From assembly GCA_009861545.1 (NCBI GenBank), contig VXME01000029.1, forward strand, positions 306-64,305: a DNA stretch of 64,000 nucleotides, in the 5' to 3' direction. Under the pieces are notes generated by a model that was given only the letters and a program-made list of their open reading frames with translations, ran no database searches and was not told the origin of the DNA. Below, piece by piece: positions 39,602 through 47,711 of this stretch. This stretch comes from Acidobacteriota bacterium (GTDB lineage Bacteria > Acidobacteriota > Vicinamibacteria > Vicinamibacterales > UBA8438). Every line of letters begins with the position of its first letter. Within the stretch, counting starts at the first letter, position 1. Position numbers and translations under genes: made by a program.

Positions 39602-40069
39602 ATGTGCGCCATTCTGGACAACAGCGTCGTGCACGAGGTGTTTGGAGACAGGCGGTCGCCAGCGGGCGAGGCGTTCTTCAGGTGGATCAGTGTCGGGGGT
39701 GGGCGTCTGATCGGCGGCGGCAGATTGCTCAGAGAGCTTGCACGGAACGAGAACTTCTGGTTCTGGTGGCGAGAGGCAGTGCTCGCAGGACTGGCGACAC
39801 GCTTGGGCGACGGCACGGTGGAGGAGGAGACGACTCGATTGGTCGAGCGGGAGGCATGCCAATCGAACGATGAACATGTCGTCGCTCTGGCCGTGGTCGG
39901 CGGAGCTCGGTTACTGTACTCGAACGACAAGAAGCTGCAGCGTGACTTCAAGAACAGGCATCTGGTCAATCATCCGCCTGGAAGGGTGTATTCCACGCGT
40001 CGTAGCGGCGCCTTCACGCGAAAGAAGAGGGAGCTCCTTGCAGGGAGTTCTTGCAGGATAGCCCCATGA
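39602..40069 (+). CDS. PIN-like nuclease domain protein (putative), module D partner
   Basis: ATG lies 2 nt after the ATPase stop. Acidic positions are arranged as in PIN folds (AILDNSVV...; SNDEHVVALA; LLYSNDKKLQRDF). Assignment is tentative. Confidence 0.45.
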   Translation: MCAILDNSVVHEVFGDRRSPAGEAFFRWISVGGGRLIGGGRLLRELARNENFWFWWREAVLAGLATRLGDGTVEEETTRLVEREACQSNDEHVVALAVVGGARLLYSNDKKLQRDFKNRHLVNHPPGRVYSTRRSGAFTRKKRELLAGSSCRIAP

Positions 40070-40085
40070 AGTCGCTGTCGAGTTA

Positions 40086-40766
40086 GATGCCCGTGCGGGG
40101 CCACGCGTTCGAGGCGTTCTCGTTTCCGGCCGGCGGTCTGCCGACGCTTCTGAATCAACCGGACGCGCGGTTCTTTCTGGAAGTCGACCTCTCCGTTGGG
40201 TAGGAGCGGTGCCGTGTCGCGTGGAACCGAGGATCGAGCTCGGGTCGGGACGGCTCAGCGGGGCTGACGAGTACCTCGCACTCGTAGGGCGTACGGGCAA
40301 TCCGAAGGGGATCCCGGCCATCGAACGCGTCGATTCCAAACTCCACGTGCGACGCAAGGGGAGGCCGGCGCATCCGCGACAGGAGCCGGTCGGCATGAAT
40401 CACGCAATCCTGTCGGATCGCAGTCTCGCCGGCGACGAATAACGCTGGCTGGAAGCCGTGCGCGACGAACTCGGCGACTGTTGCACGCATTTTCTCGGTT
40501 CAGGCCTGGAGATGCGCGCGTCACGGCCCCCGGCCGACGTTTTTTCGATGCGGTCTGCATGGAGAGAGCATCGGACCCTTCCTGTACAAGCTGCGGGCCG
40601 AGCGGGCCGACGAGCCGAAACGCTTCGCGGCCGCCTCCCGCACGCTCCGGACTATCGTCCCGAGCGTGGAATCGCTGGCCGTTCAACTCGACGAGCGCCG
40701 CGGCACGCTCGGACGGAGGACGACCTGTTCGAGAACCTGCTGCTGCGGGGTCTGATCGACGAGTGA
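40086..40766 (+). pseudogene. Truncated, frameshifted copy of the module-E ABC ATPase gene
   Basis: Nucleotide and peptide similarity to 42300..42925 plus 43320..43370 (VRGHAFEAFSFPAGGLP; IELGSGRLSGADEYLAL...PAHPRQEPVGMNHAILSDRSLAGDE; LFENLLLRGLIDE*). It lacks Walker A. It is interrupted by TAG/TAA stops and frame changes, and has an internal deletion of the Walker B/H-loop region. Confidence 0.85.
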
Positions 40767-40835
40767 TCCGACAGAGGTCGACCAGAAGACGGGCTGCCGC
40801 AGAACAGTGGCGACCAGAATACGACGTTATAGATA

Positions 40836-42055
40836 ATGGTCGGCATGCAGGCACAGGATCGCGTATACGATGCGCTGCTGGCCGACCACTTCGCGATCAA
40901 CCGGCAGATGGTCTTCGTCAGCGGGCCGCGGCAGGTCGGCAAGACCACCACGTGCCGGCGTCACGCGGACGCGTACTGCAACTGGGACAACCTCGACGAC
41001 CGGGGGGAGCTCGTTCTCGCGGGGCCGGCCCGGCTCGCGGCCCGCTTGGGCGCGACCCGGTTGTCCGCAACGAGGCCGTTGTTCCTCTTCGACGAGCTGC
41101 ACAAGTTTCCGCGCTGGAAGCCGTTCCTGAAGGGGCTGTACGATACGTACGTGGATCGGCTGCGCATCATCGTCACCGGGAGCAGCCGTCTGGACGTCTA
41201 CCGCCGCGGCGGCGACAGCCTGATGGGGCGGTACTTCGCGTATCGGATGCCATCTGTTCTCGGTTGCGGAGACGTTGTGCCGTGATCTTCCGGATCCGGA
41301 ACGGATCGTTCGTTCTCCTCGGTCGATCGATTCGACCGAGCTCGATGCGCTCTGGACGCACGGCGGCTACCCGGAACCGTTCCGCAAGCGGGCCGCCCGC
41401 TTCAGGCGGCGCGGCGGTCGTTGCGCCTCCGGCAACTGGTCCGGGTGGACGTCCGCGACCTGACGCGGGTGCAGCAGATCGACCAACAGGAGGTACTGGT
41501 TCGCTTGTTGTCGCACCGGTCGGGCCGCCAACTCGTGTACAGCACGCTCGCGCGGGAGACGCGGGTCGCGGTCGACACCGTCCGTCGCTGGGTCGCCGCT
41601 GTGCGACTTCCATCTCGGCTTCCTGGTCCGGCCCTGGTACCGCAACGTCTCGCGATCGCTGCGCAAGGAGCCGAAGCGGTTACCTGCGGGACTGGGCCGA
41701 CATCGAGGACGCCGGCGCTCGATCGGAGACGTTCGTCGCGTGTCATCTGCTCAAGGCGGTGGACGGCTGGAACGACATGGGGCTCGGCCGGTTCGAGCTG
41801 GGGTACCTGCGCGACAAGGACAGGCGGGAGGTGGCTTTCGTGGTCGCGCGCGACGGTGAGCCGTGGTTTCTCGCCAAGGTCAAGCACCGCGAAACTAGCC
41901 CGGGTCCGGCGCTCGCACACTTTCAGCGCTAGGTCGGGGCGCCGTTCGCGTTCCACGTCGTGGTAGATGCCGACTACTTGGACGCGGACTGCTTCGCCGC
42001 GCCCGGTCCGCCGCTCGTGGTCCCGGCTCGGACCCTGTTGTCGCAGCTCGTATGA
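40836..42055 (+). pseudogene. AAA_14/DUF4143-type ATPase gene, multiply frameshifted
   Basis: The N-terminus is intact (VFVSGPRQVGKTT, LFLFDELHKFPRWK, IIVTGSSRLDVYRRGGDSLMGRYF). The recognisable continuation jumps between frames (LWTHGGYPEPF; VDVRDLTRVQQI; FLVRPWYRNVSRSLRKEPK; YLRDWADIED...EVAFVV). An in-frame TAG at 41930 is followed by the conserved tail (AFHVV...VVPARTLLSQLV). Confidence 0.8.
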
Positions 42056-42128
42056 GAAGATCCGTGCGACGCTGAGCGAGTCCACGCAGCCGACGAGGAG
42101 TTGCATGGCATGCCAGAGGTAGCAGGCG

Positions 42129-43370
42129 ATGCTGAAGAAGCTGACGGTCCGCAACTTCAAGTCGCTCATGGACGTGAGCGTGGAGTTTCCGTCCCTGGCG
42201 GTGCTCTTCGGACCGAACGCCGCTGGAAAAAGCAACCTGCTGGATGCCATCGCAGCACTGTCCTGGATCGGCAACGTGCGCACGCTCTCCGACGTGTTGG
42301 ATCGGCCGCTGCCGGTACGGGGCCACGCCTTCGAGGCGTTCTCGTTCCCGGCAGGAGGTCTGCCGGCCCTGCTGAAGCAACAGACCGCCCGGTTCTCGCT
42401 GGAAGCCGATCTCGCGGTGGAGGCCGAGCTGTACAGGTATCGCGTCGAGCCGAGCATCGAGTTGCGGTCAGGTCGTCTCAGCGTGGCCGACGAATACCTC
42501 GCCCTCCTAGGGAAGAACCGCAATCCGAAGGGAACGCCGGCGATCGAGCGGGTCGAATCGAGTCTCCGCGTGCGGCGCAAGGGGAAGCCGGCGCACCCGC
42601 GCCAGGAGCCGCTCGGCATGAATCACGCGATCCTCTCCGACCGGAGTCTTGCGGGCGACGAGTACCGCTGGCTGGAAGCTGTTCGCCTGGAACTGGGCGA
42701 GTGGTGCACGCACTATCTCGATCCGGGCCTAGCGATGCGCGCCCCGCGGGCCCCGGCCGATGTCTTCGATGTCGGTGTTCACGGGGAATACATCGGACCC
42801 TTCCTGTACAAGTTGCGAGCCGAGGAGCCGAAGCGCTTCGAGGCAGTCTCCCGCACGCTGCGCTCCATCGTTCCCAGCGTCGAGTCGCTGGCCGTGTATC
42901 TGGACGAGCGCCGCGGCACGCTGGACATTCTGATTCGTCAGGGGGGCGTGGAGTACTCGACTCGCATCGTTTCCGAGGGCACCCTTCGCGTGCTCGCCTT
43001 GTGCGCCATCGCCGTGAATCCGTGGGGAGGCTCTCTGGTCGCGTTCGAAGAGCCGGAGAACGGCGTCCACCCGCGGCGGCTCGATCTCATTGCCCGCCTC
43101 CTGATCTCGTTGGCATCGGACGGGGGGCGTCAGGTCATCGTGACGACCCACTCGCCGCTGTTCTGCGACGCCGTGCTGAAGCACGCGTCCTCCCTGCAGG
43201 GAGACGTCGGTCTCTTCAACGTTCGTCGTGTCGGGCAGGCCACGAGCATCGACCCTTTCGACCCAACCGGGCCGTTGTTCAAGGACAGCGAAATCGCGGC
43301 AGCACTCACGAGCAATGCCGAGGACGGTCTGTTCGAGAACCTGCTGCTGCGAGGCCTGATCGATGAGTGA
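42129..43370 (+). CDS. ABC/SMC-type AAA ATPase (defence-associated, module E)
   Basis: Walker A FGPNAAGKSNLLDA, signature-like VSEGTLRVLAL, Walker B LVAFEEPENGVHP, H-loop VTTHSP. N-terminal LTVRNFKSL. Confidence 0.8.
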   Translation: MLKKLTVRNFKSLMDVSVEFPSLAVLFGPNAAGKSNLLDAIAALSWIGNVRTLSDVLDRPLPVRGHAFEAFSFPAGGLPALLKQQTARFSLEADLAVEAELYRYRVEPSIELRSGRLSVADEYLALLGKNRNPKGTPAIERVESSLRVRRKGKPAHPRQEPLGMNHAILSDRSLAGDEYRWLEAVRLELGEWCTHYLDPGLAMRAPRAPADVFDVGVHGEYIGPFLYKLRAEEPKRFEAVSRTLRSIVPSVESLAVYLDERRGTLDILIRQGGVEYSTRIVSEGTLRVLALCAIAVNPWGGSLVAFEEPENGVHPRRLDLIARLLISLASDGGRQVIVTTHSPLFCDAVLKHASSLQGDVGLFNVRRVGQATSIDPFDPTGPLFKDSEIAAALTSNAEDGLFENLLLRGLIDE

Positions 43371-43992
43371 TTCCCTCGCTGTGGATCTCTTCGTCGAGGA
43401 CCTCGCTCATGAGGTGTTCGTCGGGGCGCTGGTCGACCGGATCGCCCGAGAAGAAGATGTCGCGTTGAGCCTCCAGGCTCGGTCGGCGCGTGGCGGTCAC
43501 CCGCGCGCGTTGGAGGAGTTCGGGACGTATCAGGTGTTGGTCGAGAAGGGGGCGCTCACGAAGCGCACACCGGATCTGGTGGTCGTCGTCATCGACGGCA
43601 ACTGCGCCACGCCTCGTAAGAAGAGGGAGGAGATCCGGAGGGTGACGAGGCCGGCGCTTCTGGACCGGGTTGTCACGGGTTGCCCGAACCCGCACGTCGA
43701 GCGCTGGTTTCTGGCGGATCCTGATTCGTTCCACAACGTGGTCGGCTATCAGCCGGTGGTCGGTCCCGAGAAGTGCGAGCGGGAACACTACAAGCGGATT
43801 CTGGCGGACGCGGTTCGCCGCGGGCAGCAGCCGGCGACGCTCAGCGGGATCGAGTTCGCGGCTGAGCTGGTGGAGGCGATGAATCTCTACCGGGCCGGCA
43901 GAAGGGACTCGTCATTGAGAGCTTTCGTGGGCGATCTTCGTGGACGTTTCCGCGAGATTCGGCGTCGAGAAGGAGTGGGGGGCGCCCAATGA
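43363..43992 (+). CDS. DUF4276-like partner protein, module E (DxD replaced by IDGN)
   Basis: ATG at 43363 overlaps the ATPase 3' end by 8 nt. Motifs DLFVEDLAHEVFV, VVVVIDGNC and HVERWFLAD align with the partners of modules B and C. Confidence 0.6.
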   Translation: MSDSLAVDLFVEDLAHEVFVGALVDRIAREEDVALSLQARSARGGHPRALEEFGTYQVLVEKGALTKRTPDLVVVVIDGNCATPRKKREEIRRVTRPALLDRVVTGCPNPHVERWFLADPDSFHNVVGYQPVVGPEKCEREHYKRILADAVRRGQQPATLSGIEFAAELVEAMNLYRAGRRDSSLRAFVGDLRGRFREIRRREGVGGAQ

Positions 43993-44170
43993 GCCGGTTT
44001 GACGCCGCTCCGTTACCAGTCTGCGGATGGTCTTCGTCAGCCCGCCGCGTCAGCTCAGCAAGACCCATACGCGTCCACCGCGCGTTTGGGGAAGGGTCCG
44101 CGAGGTCCGCTCGTCCTTTCAATGGACGGAGGCTGAAATCGGGCTCACCAATCGTAGTACTTTGTAGCAC

Positions 44171-44386
44171 ATGGCGACCTTGACGATCCGCATCGACCAA
44201 AAGCTGGCCGCGGAACTGCGGGATATGGCGGCGCGAACCGGTACCGGCAAGAGCGCATTCGTGCGCGAAGCCGTGCGCCGGCAACTCGCGATCGCACGAC
44301 TCGAAGAGCTGCGGCGCCGCGTGGCGCCGTTCGCCGAGGCGCAGGGCTGGTTGACCGACGAGGATGTCTTCGACGAAGTTTCGTGA
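44171..44386 (+). CDS. Ribbon-helix-helix (CopG/Arc-type) antitoxin
   Basis: 71 aa. N-terminal beta-strand plus two helices (TLTIRIDQKLAAELRDMAARTGTGKSAFVREAVRRQL). Overlaps the PIN gene start (GTGA). Confidence 0.75.
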   Translation: MATLTIRIDQKLAAELRDMAARTGTGKSAFVREAVRRQLAIARLEELRRRVAPFAEAQGWLTDEDVFDEVS

Positions 44387-44838
44387 GGATCCTGCTCGAC
44401 ACCGACGTCCTGGTCGCCGCCTTCGCGACCCGCGGATTCTGCCTGGACATTCTGCAACTCGTGCTCGCCGAGCACCGGCTGGTCGTCGGCGAGACGATTG
44501 TCGAAGAACTCGAACGGATTCTCCGGGAGAAGCTCCGCCTGCCGGCCACGCGTGTCCGCGAGGTCGTCGGATTCGTTCGTGATCAGGCGGACATCGTGAC
44601 GCCGGTCGCGCCAGCGACATGGCCCGATACCGATCCGGCCGATCGATGGATAGCCGCGGCTGCGATCGTCGGGGCGGTGGACGTTCTTGTGACTGGCGAC
44701 AGGGATCTGCTCGATGCGCGGCCGGCGGCGGGTTTACGGATCGTGACGCCCAGAGGGTTGTGGGAACTGCTCCGTGCGGCGCGGCTTGGCGAGCCGGTCG
44801 AGGAGCGCGTGAGGAGACAGGCACGTAATGGCGCTTGA
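44383..44838 (+). CDS. PIN-domain toxin (type II TA)
   Basis: RILLDTDVLVAAF (first acidic residue), DRWIAAAAIVGAVDVLVTGDRDLL (C-terminal acidic pair). 151 aa. Confidence 0.8.
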   Translation: MRILLDTDVLVAAFATRGFCLDILQLVLAEHRLVVGETIVEELERILREKLRLPATRVREVVGFVRDQADIVTPVAPATWPDTDPADRWIAAAAIVGAVDVLVTGDRDLLDARPAAGLRIVTPRGLWELLRAARLGEPVEERVRRQARNGA

Positions 44839-47635
44839 TCCCTGGTACAAGGTCGCGCTTCCGCGCGAAGAGGTCCGCGAAGGCCGTTCGTTCAATCCGG
44901 ACGAGTTCGCCATCGCCCTCGAGCAGGTCGTCGGCGGCACGGCCCCGGCCGACTACCGCGATCCCGAGGCGTTCTTCGCCCGCACCTGCTTCACGCGCGC
45001 ATTGCGCGAGCACGCAGGAATGGTGCTGCGGCGTCTGGCGGGGAAGACGGCGAATACGTCGCCGGTGATGACGCTGGTGACGCAGTTCGGCGGGGGCAAG
45101 ACCCACACACTGACCGCGCTGTATCACCTCGTGACGGCAGGCCAGTCCATGGACGGCCTGGAAGGGGTCACGGATCTCCTGCACGACGCGGGGCTGTCCG
45201 CCGCTCCCGAGGCCCGGGTGGCGGTCTTCGTCGGCAACGCGTGGGATCCGCGGGAGGGACGAGAGGCGCCATGGATCGACGTCGCCCGTCAACTCGCCGG
45301 TGAGCGCGGTGTCGAGTTGCTCGGCGCGAGCGCAGCGACGACCCCACCGGGCACCGAGGCGCTCGGACGTGTGTTCGCCGCGGCGGGCGCGCCCGCGCTG
45401 GTGCTGTTCGACGAGGTGCTCAACTTCGTCAATCGCTACCGGCAGATGGCCGATCCGTTCCATGCCTTCATCCAGAACCTGACAGTCGCGATGACAGGGA
45501 CCACGCACGGGGCCGCGGTCATCAGCCTGCCGCGCAGCCAGGTCGAGATGTCCGATTTCGATATGGCGTGGCAAGACAAGATCACGAAGGTCGTCCGGCG
45601 CGTCGCCAAGGACCTGTTGGCGAACGACGAGACGGAGGTGAGCGAGGTCGTCCGGCGGCGGCTGTTCGACGCTATCGGCGAGGAGCGGTTCCGCAAGAAG
45701 GTGTCCAGGGTCTATGCCGACTGGTGCTTCGAGCGGCGCGAGCGTCTGCCGCCGCAGTGGACCCTGGTGGACAGCGCCGCCACCGAGGCGAAGGCGCGCG
45801 AGCATCTGCGGGTGCGCTTCGAGGCCTGTTATCCGTTCCATCCGGCCACGTTGTCGGTGTTCCAGCGCAAGTGGAGCGCGCTGCCGCAGTTCCAGCAGAC
45901 GCGCGGCACGCTGGCGATGCTGGCGCAGTGGATCTCCTGGGCGCACCGGGACGGCTTCACCAAAGCCCGCACGGAGCCATTGATCACCCTGGGATCTGCG
46001 CCTCTCGACATTTCCGACTTCGCCAGCGTCGTGCTCGGACAGCTCGGCGAATCGCGTTTGTCGACCGCCATCGACGCCGACATCGCTGGCGTACAGGCGC
46101 ACGCGCGGGCGCTGGATGCCGACAGCAAAGGCCCCGTCCGTGACATCCACCGCCGCGTGGGAACGACGATGCTGTTCGAGTCGTCGGGCGGCCAGGTCGA
46201 GCGGGTCGCGCATCTGCCGGAACTGCGCTTCGCGCTCGGGGAGCCGTCGATCGACACGACCTCGGTCGACACCGCGGCGATGGCGCTCGAGGAACGCTCC
46301 TACTTCCTGCGGCGGGTCGGAACGGACGGCTATCGGATCAGCTACCGGCCGACCATCAAGAAGGTGGTGAACGACCGGCGCGCGTCGCTGGACGAGGAAG
46401 GCGAGATTCAGCCGGCCATCCGCAAGCTGGTCAAGGACGATTTCGACCGGGGGGCGACCCTTCCGCGGGTCTGCTTCCCGGCCGACGCCGCGTCGATTCC
46501 GGACACGCCGAAGCTGACGCTCGTGGTGGCGGATCCCGATGTGGAGTGGACCGGCGCGGCGGGCGAAGACGTGCGCAAGCGGATCGCCCAGTGGACCCGA
46601 GCCCGCGGTGCCTCGCCCAGGCTGTATCCGGGCGCGCTGGTTTGGGCCGTCAAGAAGCCGGGCCGAGAACTGCGGGACAAGGTGGAGCAGTGGCTTGCCT
46701 GGAAGCGTGTCGCCAGCGAGATCTCGGCGGGCACCCTGGGAAGCGAGCTCGACAGCACCGAGCTCGCGGATATCCGCACCAAGGTGCGGGAAGCCGGTGA
46801 CGCGGCTCGTGAGGAGGTGTGGGGTGACTACCGCTTCGTGGTGCTCGCCGACGCCTCGGCGCCGGACGGACTGGCGAGTATCGACCTCGGCGCCGGGCAT
46901 TCCAGCAGCAGCGAGAGCTTATGCGGGCGGGTGATCTCCGCGCTCAAGTCGAGCGCGCTGCTCAACGAATCGGTCGGCGCCGCGTACCTGGAACGCAACT
47001 GGCCGCCGGCCTTGAAGGAGAGCGGGGCCTGGCCGCTGGTCAGCCTGCGCCAGAGTTTCCTCGACGGTTCGCTGACGCGCCTCGTCGATCCCGACGCCGT
47101 GCTGTGCCGGAAGATCGTGGAGTTCGTCGGCAAGGGCGACTTCGGGCTCGGCTCCGGAAGGGGAGCGGACGGCCGATTCGAGCGCGTGTCGTTTGGGGAG
47201 ACCGTCGCGCCCGAGGACGTCATGTTCGAGTCGGACGTGTACCTGCTGACCCGAGCCTTGGCCGAGCAGTTGAAGGCACCGACAGCACCCGACACCCAGA
47301 CGCCCGCGGACGGCGAGGACGTCTCGGATGATTCGGTCGGCGGTTCAACCGGTCCTGGGCCGGGGCCGGATGTTGTGGTCGATCCGCAGCCTCCGGAGCC
47401 GCCCGCGCCATCGGCGCAGAAGTCCTTTCGTATTCATGGAGACATCCCGCCGGAGATCTGGAACCGGCTGGGAACGAGGCTTCTGCCGAAGCTCCGCTCG
47501 GGCCAGGATCTGAAGGTGGGCGTCACGTTCGAGTTGACCGCGGACGGCGCTGGTGCCGATCCACTTCTGGCGGACCTGCGGCAGATTCTGGACGACCTGC
47601 AGCTCGGCGACAGCGTCCGGATCGATGTCGAGTGA
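44828..47635 (+). CDS. DUF499 domain ATPase (defence-associated)
   Basis: N-terminal hallmark LDPWYKVALPREEVREGRSFNPDEFAIALEQV...YRDPEAFFARTCFT and P-loop QFGGGKTHTLTALYHL. 935 aa. The ATG overlaps the PIN gene by 11 nt. Confidence 0.85.
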   Translation: MALDPWYKVALPREEVREGRSFNPDEFAIALEQVVGGTAPADYRDPEAFFARTCFTRALREHAGMVLRRLAGKTANTSPVMTLVTQFGGGKTHTLTALYHLVTAGQSMDGLEGVTDLLHDAGLSAAPEARVAVFVGNAWDPREGREAPWIDVARQLAGERGVELLGASAATTPPGTEALGRVFAAAGAPALVLFDEVLNFVNRYRQMADPFHAFIQNLTVAMTGTTHGAAVISLPRSQVEMSDFDMAWQDKITKVVRRVAKDLLANDETEVSEVVRRRLFDAIGEERFRKKVSRVYADWCFERRERLPPQWTLVDSAATEAKAREHLRVRFEACYPFHPATLSVFQRKWSALPQFQQTRGTLAMLAQWISWAHRDGFTKARTEPLITLGSAPLDISDFASVVLGQLGESRLSTAIDADIAGVQAHARALDADSKGPVRDIHRRVGTTMLFESSGGQVERVAHLPELRFALGEPSIDTTSVDTAAMALEERSYFLRRVGTDGYRISYRPTIKKVVNDRRASLDEEGEIQPAIRKLVKDDFDRGATLPRVCFPADAASIPDTPKLTLVVADPDVEWTGAAGEDVRKRIAQWTRARGASPRLYPGALVWAVKKPGRELRDKVEQWLAWKRVASEISAGTLGSELDSTELADIRTKVREAGDAAREEVWGDYRFVVLADASAPDGLASIDLGAGHSSSSESLCGRVISALKSSALLNESVGAAYLERNWPPALKESGAWPLVSLRQSFLDGSLTRLVDPDAVLCRKIVEFVGKGDFGLGSGRGADGRFERVSFGETVAPEDVMFESDVYLLTRALAEQLKAPTAPDTQTPADGEDVSDDSVGGSTGPGPGPDVVVDPQPPEPPAPSAQKSFRIHGDIPPEIWNRLGTRLLPKLRSGQDLKVGVTFELTADGAGADPLLADLRQILDDLQLGDSVRIDVE

Positions 47636-47711
47636 ATACGCTATTCGAGGGTCAGGTCGGGCCGGTCCGGGGCCGGAGAGGGCCGTAGGACCGGAGGCGG
47701 CGCCCGGTTGG

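Noticed and set aside
39911-42619. Two similar minus-strand ORFs (39911..40396 and 41402..42619, both beginning MP.GS.RGCAG.PLRRT)
   Set aside because: Their similarity only reflects the duplicated plus-strand ATPase sequence (pseudogene versus intact copy) read in antisense. It is not an independent gene family.
43841-46900. 1019-aa ORF on the minus strand, antisense to the DUF4276-like, TA and DUF499 genes
   Set aside because: The composition is dominated by Arg/Ala/Pro/Gly with no recognisable motif. It is fully antisense to genes with strong family hallmarks. Long stop-free antisense frames are expected at this GC content.
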